In this document: positions 8,169 to 16,956 of the stretch, one piece after another
How the letters are laid out: each line of letters begins with the position of its first letter
How positions within the stretch are numbered: position 1 is the stretch's first letter
DNA from: Candidatus Binatia bacterium
Lineage (GTDB): Bacteria > Desulfobacterota > Binatia > HRBIN30 > BPIQ01
Assembly: GCA_026004195.1 (NCBI GenBank)
Contig: BPIQ01000001.1
Coordinates: forward strand, 1,290,311 to 1,354,310
Reading direction: 5' to 3'
Length of the DNA stretch: 64,000 bases
Program-made: the position numbers and the translations under genes
The notes under the pieces: model-generated
Told to the model about the DNA's origin: nothing
Database searches by the model: none
What the model saw: the letters and a program-made list of their open reading frames with translations, nothing else

Positions 8169-9908
8169 TTACGGTCCGAGGGACCGCAAAAAATCCCGCG
8201 CCGTTTCGGCGACGAGCTCCGAAGGCCCGGCCTCGAGCGCCTGCCGGAGCCTTTTTTTCGCCGCTTCCTTCTCCCCGAGAGCCGCGAGCACCTGCCCGAG
8301 CAGGAGGTAGGTCTTCGAGGCTTCCCAGTCCCGGAAGGCGCGAGGGTCGCTCTCGCCCAGTCGCACGGCCGTCTCGAAGGCACGCCTGGCCCGCTGGACG
8401 GCATCCCACACCCCCCTCGCGTCTCCCGCCGCTTGCGCCTGCTCGGCCTTTTTCATCCACGCGAAGCCGAGGCCGTGAAAAACGAGCGGATGGGCCACGA
8501 TCCCCGCGGCCTTTTCGAAGGCTGCGACGGCCTCGTCGAAGCGGCCCTGCCGTCGGTAGAGGTTTCCCAGGTTCGCCCAGGTCATCGCACGCTCCTCCTC
8601 GGATGCGGGCCGTCCCAGGGCTTCACGGTAGGTCTTCTCCGCGCGCTCGAGGTCGCCCCGTCGAAGCAACGCGTCGGCGAGTTCCCTCTGCGGGAGAAGG
8701 CTCGGCGAGCTCCGGACCGCAGCCTCCCAGAAGGCGACCTCGTCGACCCACACGTCGTTCCTTTTCCAGCAGGACACCACCCCCGCACACGCCACGGCCA
8801 GAAGGGCGAGAGCGTAGGCGCGACGTCGAGCCGGCCGGTCCGTGCTTCGGCCGTGGAACCAGGAGATCCCCCACCCCACCAGGAGGGCCACGCCCACGCT
8901 GGGAACGTAGAGGTAGCGCTCCGCGACCGGCGTCGTGGAAACGGGAACCCAGAGAAGAGCCAAAGCCGGCAAAAGGGTGGAGACGAACCAGAGGGCGGAG
9001 AACCGAACGAGCCAGGGGCCCAGGAGGGAAAAGGCGACGGCTCCCAGGAGAAGAGCCCCCGGAATCACGTATGCAGGGGAGACCGGCAGCGAATCGACAT
9101 AGACATCCTGGCCGACGGGCCAGAGGGCCTTTCGCGCGTAGAAGCCGAGCGCTCCGAGAAATTCGGGCCAGGAAACGGACGAGGGAGACCAGGGCTCGCC
9201 CAGAGCTCCGACTCCGACCCAACGGAGGAGAGCGTACACGGCGAGAGCCGAGAGCAGGGGCAAGAGCCCGCGGAGTCTCGGTTTTCTCCCGACGCAAAGC
9301 TCCGCTGCCGGGAAGACGAGAAACGCGAAGAGTGCGGTTTCCTTGGCCAGCAACGAGAGAAGGTAGAAACATCCCGCGAGCGCGAAGCCCGCGAGCCCCG
9401 AGCTCAGGTAGGCGAGCAAAGCCGCGAGCAGCCAGAGACCCGAGAGAACGTCCGCCCGGCCGGCCATCCACGCGACCGACTCGACGTGTACGGGATGCAC
9501 GGCAAAGAAGAGCCCCGCCGGAAGGGCCGCCGCGAGACTCCCGCCGAGGCGCCGCGCCAGGGCGAACACGAGAAGCGAGCACGCGAGGTGCGCGACGAGG
9601 ACGGAGACGTGGAACCAGAAAGGAGTTTCGCCTCCGAGAGCCCGATCCACCCAGTAAGTCGCGAAGACCAGAGGGCGGTAATAGTAGCGGGGGATGCGCG
9701 GCGGAACGACCCAGAGGTCTTCGATGCCGTCGACGGCCCGAAGTTGGGCGAGAACGAGTCGATCGTCCCACACGAAGCCGTTCCGCAAGGCAGGAGCGAA
9801 GGCCACCAGAGCCGCCCCTGCGACCAGAACGGCCGCGAGGAAGAGGCCGCGGTCGGAACTCGTTTCCGTTCCGGGGCTCGACGAAGCCCGGCGACGGCGG
9901 ACGGCCAC
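8169..9908 (-). CDS. Integral membrane glycosyltransferase-family-39 (PMT-like) domain protein with C-terminal TPR repeats
   Basis: About 10 predicted TM helices with 'FVWDDR…YYYRPL' PMT-like loop motifs. C-terminal TPR-like repeats ('WANLGNLYRRQGRFDEAVAAFEKA'). Start uncertain: GTG 9908 chosen so the overlap with the upstream SDR is only 16 nt. Confidence 0.55.
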   Translation of the reverse strand: MAVRRRRASSSPGTETSSDRGLFLAAVLVAGAALVAFAPALRNGFVWDDRLVLAQLRAVDGIEDLWVVPPRIPRYYYRPLVFATYWVDRALGGETPFWFHVSVLVAHLACSLLVFALARRLGGSLAAALPAGLFFAVHPVHVESVAWMAGRADVLSGLWLLAALLAYLSSGLAGFALAGCFYLLSLLAKETALFAFLVFPAAELCVGRKPRLRGLLPLLSALAVYALLRWVGVGALGEPWSPSSVSWPEFLGALGFYARKALWPVGQDVYVDSLPVSPAYVIPGALLLGAVAFSLLGPWLVRFSALWFVSTLLPALALLWVPVSTTPVAERYLYVPSVGVALLVGWGISWFHGRSTDRPARRRAYALALLAVACAGVVSCWKRNDVWVDEVAFWEAAVRSSPSLLPQRELADALLRRGDLERAEKTYREALGRPASEEERAMTWANLGNLYRRQGRFDEAVAAFEKAAGIVAHPLVFHGLGFAWMKKAEQAQAAGDARGVWDAVQRARRAFETAVRLGESDPRAFRDWEASKTYLLLGQVLAALGEKEAAKKRLRQALEAGPSELVAETARDFLRSLGP

Positions 9909-9922
9909 GAGAGGGCCCCGGC

Positions 9923-10840
9923 CTACTTCGAGGGGGTTTCCTCGGGCGGGGCGGGGTTCACCAGATCCATGCCCAGCGTCCGGGGGAAGACCGTCGCGAT
10001 CTCCTCGGGCGTCCATCGACCGTTCTTCGCGATGGTTCTCACCGGGGCCGGGTCCGGCAACCACGAAACCACGCCCCCCATCACGAAAAACGTCTGCCCG
10101 TTGATGTCGGCGGCCCGGTCCGTGGCCAGGTAGACGACGAACGGTGCGACGTCCTCCGGCTCCGCCCGGAGCGGCGGGGGCGGAGCCATTCCCCGGCTCG
10201 CCCGGACCGCCCGCGCCCGCTCGGGCACGGTCGCCGTCATGCGGGTCGCTGCGGCGGGGGCGATGGCGTTGACGGTCACCCCGTATTTCCCGAGGTCACG
10301 TGCGACGACCCGCGTCAGGCCTGCGATTCCGTCTTTGGCCGCGCCGTAGTTGGCCTGGCCCGAGTTCCCGTAGAGACCCGAAGTGGACGAAAAATTGATG
10401 ATGCGGCCCGAACGCTGCTGTCGCATCAGGACGGCAGCATGGCGGGTGCAGTTGAACGTGCCCTTGAGATGCACCGCGACGACGGCGTCCCATTCTTCCT
10501 CGGTCATGTTGAAGATCATCCGGTCCCGGAGGATTCCGGCCACGTTGACGAGAATGTCGAGGCGGCCGAACTCCCGGACGGCCGTCTCGACGATCCGCCG
10601 GGCGGCCTCGAAGTCCGCGACGTTGTCGAAGTTCGGCACGGCACGGCCTCCTTCAGCCCGGATCTTCTCGGCCACTTCCGAAGCGGGCCCCTGCTGCGCC
10701 CCACGGCCGTCGACCTCCACGCCGAGGTCGTTCACCACGACGGCGGCCCCTTCCCGGGCGAGGAGCTCGGCGACGGCTCGGCCGATTCCCCGACCGGCTC
10801 CGGTCACGACCGCGACTTTTCCCTCGAGCCTCCGTCCCAC
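9923..10840 (-). CDS. SDR-family oxidoreductase, HSD17B4 / MFE-2 dehydrogenase-domain-like (paralog 1)
   Basis: 'VAVVTGAGRGIGRA' Rossmann motif. 'NAGILRDRMIFNMTEEEWDAVVAVHLKGTF' matches the MFE-2-type SDR block. YxxxK present ('YGAAK'). About 50-aa C-terminal extension. Confidence 0.8.
   Translation of the reverse strand: MGRRLEGKVAVVTGAGRGIGRAVAELLAREGAAVVVNDLGVEVDGRGAQQGPASEVAEKIRAEGGRAVPNFDNVADFEAARRIVETAVREFGRLDILVNVAGILRDRMIFNMTEEEWDAVVAVHLKGTFNCTRHAAVLMRQQRSGRIINFSSTSGLYGNSGQANYGAAKDGIAGLTRVVARDLGKYGVTVNAIAPAAATRMTATVPERARAVRASRGMAPPPPLRAEPEDVAPFVVYLATDRAADINGQTFFVMGGVVSWLPDPAPVRTIAKNGRWTPEEIATVFPRTLGMDLVNPAPPEETPSK
10473..10525. repeat. 53-nt block identical to 11416..11468 (within SDR paralog 1)
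   Basis: Direct comparison of the two paralog nucleotide sequences: 'accgcgacgacggcgtcccattcttcctcggtcatgttgaagatcatccggtc' is identical in both. Confidence 0.8.
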
Positions 10841-10850
10841 GGTCCGACCC

Positions 10851-11780
10851 TCACGACCCCGGCGGTCGCGGCGGCGCCGGGTTGACGAGACCGTCCACGA
10901 GACGCTGCGGCACGATTTCCTCGAGCTCCTCGAGGGTCCAGCGACCGTCCTTGAAGATCGTCTTCGCGGGACGGGGCTGGCTCAGGAGAGAAATCGAGCT
11001 TCCCGCGCAGAGGAAAAACTGCCCGTTCACCCCGGCCGCGTAGTCGCTCGCCAGAAAGACGACCATCGGCGCGACGTCCTCGGGTTTGAGGTTCTCGAGG
11101 TCCGCGAGTGCCCTTTCCTCGCGAACGATCCCCTGCTGTTTGCGGATCTCCCTGGCTCGCAGCACCTCGGGAGTGAGCGTCATCCTGGTGGCCGCGACGG
11201 GACAAATCGCGTTGCACGTCACCCCGTACTTCCCGAGGTCTCGCGCCACGACCTTGGTCAGCCCCCCGATGGCCGACTTCGCCGCCCCGTAGTTCGCCTG
11301 GCCGGGATTTCCGAAAAGCCCGGCCCCCGAAGAAAACGTGACGATGCGACCGTAACGTTGCTCTCGCATTCGGGGAGCCGCGTGCCGGATGCACGTGAAC
11401 GTACCCTTCAGGTGGACCGCGACGACGGCGTCCCATTCTTCCTCGGTCATGTTGAAGATCATCCGGTCGCGGAGGATCCCCGCGCAGGTCACGAGGATGT
11501 CGATGCGGCCGTAGTTCTCGAGCGCCGTGCCCACGATCTTCTGGCCGCCTTCCCACGTGGCCACCGAATCCGTGTTCGCCACGGCCTCGCCGCCGGCCCT
11601 GCGGATTTCCTCGACGACGTCGAAAGCGGGGCCGGTGCTCGGAGCGGAACCGTCGCGCTCGACACCGTAGTCGTTGACCACCACCTTGGCTCCGGCACCG
11701 GCCAGCGCCAGCGCGACGGCCCGGCCGATTCCACGGCCCGCCCCGGTCACGACGGCGACGCGATCCTCGAGCATGCCCAT
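10851..11780 (-). CDS. SDR-family oxidoreductase, HSD17B4 / MFE-2-like (paralog 2, tandem duplicate)
   Basis: Same motifs as paralog 1. Start moved to ATG 11780 ('MGMLEDRVAVVTGAGRGIGRA') inside track ORF 10851..11957. Confidence 0.8.
   Translation of the reverse strand: MGMLEDRVAVVTGAGRGIGRAVALALAGAGAKVVVNDYGVERDGSAPSTGPAFDVVEEIRRAGGEAVANTDSVATWEGGQKIVGTALENYGRIDILVTCAGILRDRMIFNMTEEEWDAVVAVHLKGTFTCIRHAAPRMREQRYGRIVTFSSGAGLFGNPGQANYGAAKSAIGGLTKVVARDLGKYGVTCNAICPVAATRMTLTPEVLRAREIRKQQGIVREERALADLENLKPEDVAPMVVFLASDYAAGVNGQFFLCAGSSISLLSQPRPAKTIFKDGRWTLEELEEIVPQRLVDGLVNPAPPRPPGS
11416..11468. repeat. 53-nt block identical to 10473..10525 (within SDR paralog 2)
   Basis: See the paired repeat feature at 10473..10525. 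Confidence 0.8.
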
Positions 11781-11815
11781 GTCGCCGCGGACTCTAGGAA
11801 CTCGTTCGGGTCGAG

Positions 11816-13003
11816 TCAACGCCCCGCACGCCGGGACGGAGTTCGCGCTCGGCCGCTTCGGCCGAGGCGAAAAAGGGATTCGTCGGCTTCGGCTACGGGG
11901 ATCTTGAATCCCGTGACTTTCTCGATCGACTCGAGGGCCCACACGTAGCGGTCGCACGCGAGACTCAGGGCCTTGCCTCTGGCCCCCGCCCTTCCGGTAC
12001 GGCCCACGCGATGCACGTAGTTCTCGGGATCTTCGGGCAAGTCGTAGTTGAAGACGTGCGTCACCCCGTCCACGTGGAGACCCCGCGACGCGACGTCCGT
12101 CGCCACGAGCAGCCGGAGCGCGCCCGACTTGAAATCCTCGAGAAGCCGCAGGCGCGTCCGCTGGTCCACCCTTCCCGTCATGGCCCGGGCGGCGAACCCT
12201 CCCTGGCGGAGCGACCGCTCGAGACGCTCCGCCGTCCTTTTCTCGTTGACGAAGATCAGGGCGCGGCGCGGCTTCTCCCGGCGGAGGAGACCGAGCAGAA
12301 GCGCGAGCTTCTCCTCGCGACCCACGTGGAACACCGTGTGCTCGATTCCCTCCGCGGTGATCCGCTCGGCGTCGATCACGATGCGCACGGGATCGTTCAT
12401 GTACTCGTAGGCGAGTTCCAGCACGCGATAGGAGAGAGTCGCCGAAAAAAGGAGCGACTGCCGCCGCTCGAAGGGGGGGAGCCTCCGCAGCAAGAAGCGG
12501 AGGTCGCGGAGAAAGCCCAGGTCGAAGAGCCGGTCCGCCTCGTCGACGACCGCAATCTCGACCGAGTCGAGGCGATAGACGCCCTGACGAAAAAAGTCGA
12601 TCAGGCGCCCTGGCGTCCCGACGAGAACGTCCGTGCCCGCGAGCAACTCCTCGCGCTGTTTCCGATAACCCATGCCCCCGTAGACCGCCGTCATCCTGAG
12701 GCCGGTGTATCGGCCGAGCAGGCGACCGTCCTCGAGGATCTGCAAGGCGAGCTCCCTGGTCGGGGCGACGACGAGCGCCCTCGGCCCGGAGATCCCGGGC
12801 TCGGCCGAAAGGCGGGAGAAGAGCGTCAGGAGAAAAGCTGCCGTTTTGCCGGTCCCGGTTTGCGCCTGCGCGGCCACGTCCTTCCCGGCGAGAGAAAGCG
12901 GCAGGACTCTCTCCTGCACCGGGGTGCAGGTACGAAAGCCCGCGTCGGCGAGCCCCCGGCGAACCGCGGGCGGCAGAGGCAAGGAACGAAAGGAGAGGGC
13001 CAC
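11816..13003 (-). CDS. DEAD-box ATP-dependent RNA helicase
   Basis: Q-motif/motif I 'AQTGTGKTAAF', motif II 'VVDEAD', 'SAT', and motif VI 'HRVGRTGRAG'. Confidence 0.85.
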   Translation of the reverse strand: MALSFRSLPLPPAVRRGLADAGFRTCTPVQERVLPLSLAGKDVAAQAQTGTGKTAAFLLTLFSRLSAEPGISGPRALVVAPTRELALQILEDGRLLGRYTGLRMTAVYGGMGYRKQREELLAGTDVLVGTPGRLIDFFRQGVYRLDSVEIAVVDEADRLFDLGFLRDLRFLLRRLPPFERRQSLLFSATLSYRVLELAYEYMNDPVRIVIDAERITAEGIEHTVFHVGREEKLALLLGLLRREKPRRALIFVNEKRTAERLERSLRQGGFAARAMTGRVDQRTRLRLLEDFKSGALRLLVATDVASRGLHVDGVTHVFNYDLPEDPENYVHRVGRTGRAGARGKALSLACDRYVWALESIEKVTGFKIPVAEADESLFRLGRSGRARTPSRRAGR

Positions 13004-13010
13004 GGGAAAC

Positions 13011-14747
13011 TCACCGTCCGGGACGGGTTCCGTCCCTGGCCCGTCGCATGGCCGAGAGCATCTCGTCGCGCGAGAAATAGCCGACGAGCCGATCGACCTC
13101 GCGTCCGGCTTCGTCGAAGAAGATCGTCGTCGGTACGCCCTGGACCCCGAAGCGCTTGGTCACCTCTTCGCTCCGCTCGTCTTCCCGCGTGAGGTCGACC
13201 TTCATCATCCGGAAGTGCTTCGCCTCTTCCCGGACCTCGGGGTCCGCGAACGTCGTTTTTTCCATTTCCTTGCAAGGCAAGCACCAGTCCGCCGCGAAAT
13301 CCAGGACCACCGGCATCCCGCGCTCCCGGGCCTCGAGGAAAGCTTCTTCCGAAAAGGCCTCCCACTCCACCCCTTCCGCGGCGGGAGCAGGCCGCAGCAT
13401 CCAGGCGGCGGCGCCGAAGAACACGAGCGCCAGAGCCGCCCGGGCCCAACGCATGCGGGGTCCGACGGGGTCGAGAAAACCGAGGAAGAGACCCGTCGCG
13501 ACGAACCAAGCGGGCCAGAGAAACCTCGCCGCACGCGCCGGTAGCACGGGTTCCGCGAAGTACAGCGCGAGCCCGAGCAGCACGAAGCCGAAAAAGTGTT
13601 CCACCCACCGCTGCCAAGCCCCCGACTTCGGCAACCTACGAATCCGGTCGGCGGCGAGCGCCAGGCCGACGTACGGAACGCCCAGGCCGGACGCCAACGT
13701 CGCGAAGAGAAGCCATCCGAGCCACGGGTTCCCTTGCGCGCCGACGAAAACGAGGAGCCCCACCACCACCGGCCCCACGCACGGCGCGGCGACGACGCCC
13801 ATCGTGAGTCCCATCACGAACGCGCCCAGGAGACCCGGAAGAGCGCGACCGGCTTTTCCAGCCAGCGCGGCCGGGAGCCGGATTTCGTAGAAACCGAACG
13901 AGCCGAAAGCCAGAACGACCAGCAGGGCGGCCACTCCCACGAGCACGGCGGGGTTCCGGAGGGCCGCGCCGAAAAAGCCGCCCGAGAGCGCTGCAGCGAC
14001 GCCGAGCACCGAAAAGCTCGATACGATCCCCGCGAAGTAAAGGCAGGCCAGGACCAGGACTTTCCTCGTCTCTCCCCTCGCTTGCGTGCCGAAGTACGCG
14101 AGCGTCACGGAAATCAACGGGTAGACGCAAGGCGTCAGGTTCAGGCCCAAACCCAGGAGAAAAACCGCTCCGAGGGTCCAGAGAAGCCCGTACCGGCGCA
14201 CCCACTCCCCCACGTGGAACACCCGCGACGGCTCGACCCGGCCGGTGGCCGCGGTGGGCTCCCCGACGACCGGGAGCGTCGCCGACGTCCTGACCAGGGC
14301 CGGCGGCAAACAGGTGTCGTCGTTGCACGCCTGGTACCGAAGGACGGCTTCGACGCGCACGCTTTCCGCACCGAAGTCCGCGGGCACGTGGAGTGCGGTC
14401 GCCATCCCGATTTTCCCCTGGTAGACGAGAAGTTCCTTTCCGGATGCGAAACGAAAAGGAACGGGATCCGGCTTGGGGTACTGGATTTCCTCGACGGTGA
14501 CTCCCTCGGGCACCTCGACGCGCAGCTCGGTCGGAACGAGGAAGGGCTCGGAGGGCCGGTGAGCCTGGATGTGCCAGCCCGGTTCGATCACCGCCACCAC
14601 ATCGAGACCGACGGGGGTGCCCCGGACGATTTCGGAACTCCCGAACTCGAGCGAGAGCTGCACTTTTTCCCGGGCGGAAGACACACCCGGCACCGGGAGA
14701 ACCATGGCCGCCGCGAGTGCGAGGCAAAGGACGGTCTTTCGCAGCAT
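13011..14747 (-). CDS. dsbD: Thiol:disulfide interchange protein DsbD (cytochrome c biogenesis, CcdA core plus C-terminal thioredoxin domain)
   Basis: N-terminal signal peptide plus periplasmic domain with Cys pair ('CNDDTC'). Multi-TM core with 'TPCVYP' and 'AAPCVGP' CcdA-like Cys motifs. C-terminal thioredoxin 'WCLPCK'. Start moved to ATG 14747 ('MLRKTVLCLALAAAMVLP' signal peptide). Confidence 0.8.
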   Translation of the reverse strand: MLRKTVLCLALAAAMVLPVPGVSSAREKVQLSLEFGSSEIVRGTPVGLDVVAVIEPGWHIQAHRPSEPFLVPTELRVEVPEGVTVEEIQYPKPDPVPFRFASGKELLVYQGKIGMATALHVPADFGAESVRVEAVLRYQACNDDTCLPPALVRTSATLPVVGEPTAATGRVEPSRVFHVGEWVRRYGLLWTLGAVFLLGLGLNLTPCVYPLISVTLAYFGTQARGETRKVLVLACLYFAGIVSSFSVLGVAAALSGGFFGAALRNPAVLVGVAALLVVLAFGSFGFYEIRLPAALAGKAGRALPGLLGAFVMGLTMGVVAAPCVGPVVVGLLVFVGAQGNPWLGWLLFATLASGLGVPYVGLALAADRIRRLPKSGAWQRWVEHFFGFVLLGLALYFAEPVLPARAARFLWPAWFVATGLFLGFLDPVGPRMRWARAALALVFFGAAAWMLRPAPAAEGVEWEAFSEEAFLEARERGMPVVLDFAADWCLPCKEMEKTTFADPEVREEAKHFRMMKVDLTREDERSEEVTKRFGVQGVPTTIFFDEAGREVDRLVGYFSRDEMLSAMRRARDGTRPGR

Positions 14748-14819
14748 GGCTCGGGGGTATGGTTTCACAGGGCCACTCGGCTTGCAAACCGCTCCTCCCA
14801 CCGTTAACCCGCAAGGGCC

Positions 14820-15668
14820 ATGAAAACGTTCCCCGAGGGCCGACTCTCGGTGGGAGTTCTGGCTTCCGTTCTCTTCCTCTGCCTCTCGTCCTTTTCCCGA
14901 GCCGACTCCCTCGCCCCGCTTTCCACGCAAGAGGCCCGCCTGGTCGGAACCGGAGAGCTCGAAGTGCTACTCGGTTTCGCCTACGCCCGGGACGTCGGCT
15001 TTCCGGGTTTCTCCCGCAGTGCCGAGTCGCTGCTCTCGGCTCCGCGCCTCGGCTTTTCCGTCGGGCTCGGAAAGCGAGTGGAAATCCAGGCGGGTTACGA
15101 GCTTCGTCGGGTCGAGGACGTCACGGGAGCGAACGACGAAACGAGCTACGGCTCGGGAGATGCGACGCTCGCCACGAAGGTCCTCGTCTGGAACGAAAGC
15201 TCCGTGCGGCCGGCGTTCGGGCTTCGCGCCGAGACCAAGCTTCCGAACGCCGACGACCGCAAAGGGCTCGGTACGGACGAGACGGATTTTCTCTTCGACG
15301 CCCTCCTTTCGAGGGACTTCGGCCCGGTTCGGCTCCACGGGAACGCCGGCCTCCACATCCTCGGCAACCCGCGTCCGGAAGGGGGGCAGGACGATCTTTT
15401 CGCCTACTCGCTCGCTCTGCTGGGACCTTCTCTGCCCGTGCGGCGAGCCGGGCTCCGCCCCGCCCTCGAACTGCGCGGCCTCGAGGGCTCGCGGTTCGGG
15501 AACGACCTTCTCGGTGGTACCCTGGCCCTCCGGTTCGAAATCGGAAGGACCGTGGTTTTCACGGGCGTCGGTGTGGGATTTTCGGGTGCAGCCGAGGACT
15601 GGAGCGTGTCGGCGGGGGTCGTCCGGAAAATCGACCTGGCGGAACTCTTCGCGAAAGAGCCCCGGTAA
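14820..15668 (+). CDS. Secreted / outer-membrane beta-barrel-like hypothetical protein
   Basis: N-terminal signal peptide. Alternating Gly/aromatic-rich segments. C-terminus ends with an aromatic residue (…ELF-AKEPR). No enzyme motif recognised. Confidence 0.4.
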   Translation: MKTFPEGRLSVGVLASVLFLCLSSFSRADSLAPLSTQEARLVGTGELEVLLGFAYARDVGFPGFSRSAESLLSAPRLGFSVGLGKRVEIQAGYELRRVEDVTGANDETSYGSGDATLATKVLVWNESSVRPAFGLRAETKLPNADDRKGLGTDETDFLFDALLSRDFGPVRLHGNAGLHILGNPRPEGGQDDLFAYSLALLGPSLPVRRAGLRPALELRGLEGSRFGNDLLGGTLALRFEIGRTVVFTGVGVGFSGAAEDWSVSAGVVRKIDLAELFAKEPR

Positions 15669-15675
15669 ACGTTTC

Positions 15676-16908
15676 TCAGCGCGAGCGTCCCGAGTGCCGT
15701 CCCGCTACCGCGACCCGTCGGACACGCCCTCCCACGCTACGGACCGGAAGGGTCAGGGGAACGCACTCCACGATCTCGAGGCCGTAACCGGGTAGGCTCA
15801 CGAGCCGCCTCGGGTAGTTCGTCAGGAGGCGAATCTTTCCCACGCCCACGTCGCGCAGAATCTGCGCGCCGATTCCGTACTCGCGGAAGTCCATTCGCTG
15901 GGTCTGAAGGTCCGTGCTGGGCCGCCGGGCGTGTTCGGCGGCTCTCGGTCCGCCCTGTCGCAGCGCCTCGAGCTCCGCGCCCCGCCCCCGCCGCCGCAGG
16001 TACAGCACCACGCCCTTTCCCTCGCTCGCGATCTTTTCCATCGCCCTGTGGAGCAAGGCTCCCGTGTTCCGGAACGTCAGGCCGAAGACGTCTCCGGGGA
16101 GAAATTCCGCGTGCGCTCGAACGAGGGTGGGCTCGTCGGGTCGGATTTCCCCCTTGACGAGGACCAGGTGTTCGCCGTCGTCGACGTCGGTGTGGTAGAC
16201 GAAGACCCGAAATTCCCCGCCGTACCGACTCACCAGCCGCGCTTCCGCGACCCGATGCACGAGGGAATCGTGGCGCAGCCGATACTCCACGAGATCGGCC
16301 ACCGTGCAGATACGAAGACCGTGTCGCGCCGCGAAACGTTCCAGGTCCGGAAGCCGGGCCATCGTCCCGTCTTCCTTCATGATTTCGCAGATGACCGCCG
16401 ACGGATGGAGGCCGGCGAGTCTCGCGAGATCCACGCTTCCCTCGGTCTGCCCCGTGCGCACGAGCACGCCCCCCTTTCGCGCGCAGAGCGGGAACACGTG
16501 ACCCGGCACCACGAGATCCTCGGGCTTCGTGTCCTTGCGGATGGCGACGCGGATCGTGTGGGCGCGGTCCGCCGCCGAGACCCCGCTTTTGATCCCCCAG
16601 CGCGCGTCGATGGACACGGTGAAGGCGGTGCCCAGAGGAGCCCGGTTTTCCTGTACCATCATCGGAAGACCGAGCTCCCGAATTCGCTCCTCGGTAAGCG
16701 CCAGACAAACGAGGCCGCGGCCGTACTTGGCCATGAAGTTGATCGCTTCCGGCGTCACTTTCTCGGCCGCGATACACAAATCCCCCTCGTTTTCGCGGTT
16801 CCGGTCGTCCATCAGGATGACCATCTTCCCCGCGCGAATGTCCGCGATGCACTCTTCGACCGAAGCCAGGGACTTCGGCCTGCGGGCCGAGGGAAAACTC
16901 GTGAACAT
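15676..16908 (-). CDS. ribBA: Bifunctional 3,4-dihydroxy-2-butanone-4-phosphate synthase / GTP cyclohydrolase II (RibBA)
   Basis: N-terminal DHBP synthase block 'DRNRENEGDLCIAAEKVTPEAINFM'. C-terminal GCH-II block 'YLRRRGRGAELE…RDYGIGAQILRDVGV'. Confidence 0.9.
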   Translation of the reverse strand: MFTSFPSARRPKSLASVEECIADIRAGKMVILMDDRNRENEGDLCIAAEKVTPEAINFMAKYGRGLVCLALTEERIRELGLPMMVQENRAPLGTAFTVSIDARWGIKSGVSAADRAHTIRVAIRKDTKPEDLVVPGHVFPLCARKGGVLVRTGQTEGSVDLARLAGLHPSAVICEIMKEDGTMARLPDLERFAARHGLRICTVADLVEYRLRHDSLVHRVAEARLVSRYGGEFRVFVYHTDVDDGEHLVLVKGEIRPDEPTLVRAHAEFLPGDVFGLTFRNTGALLHRAMEKIASEGKGVVLYLRRRGRGAELEALRQGGPRAAEHARRPSTDLQTQRMDFREYGIGAQILRDVGVGKIRLLTNYPRRLVSLPGYGLEIVECVPLTLPVRSVGGRVRRVAVAGRHSGRSR

Positions 16909-16956
16909 CCGCTTCCGGAATATACCCCACCCGTCGGGTAGGGCAAAGCGCGCTTC

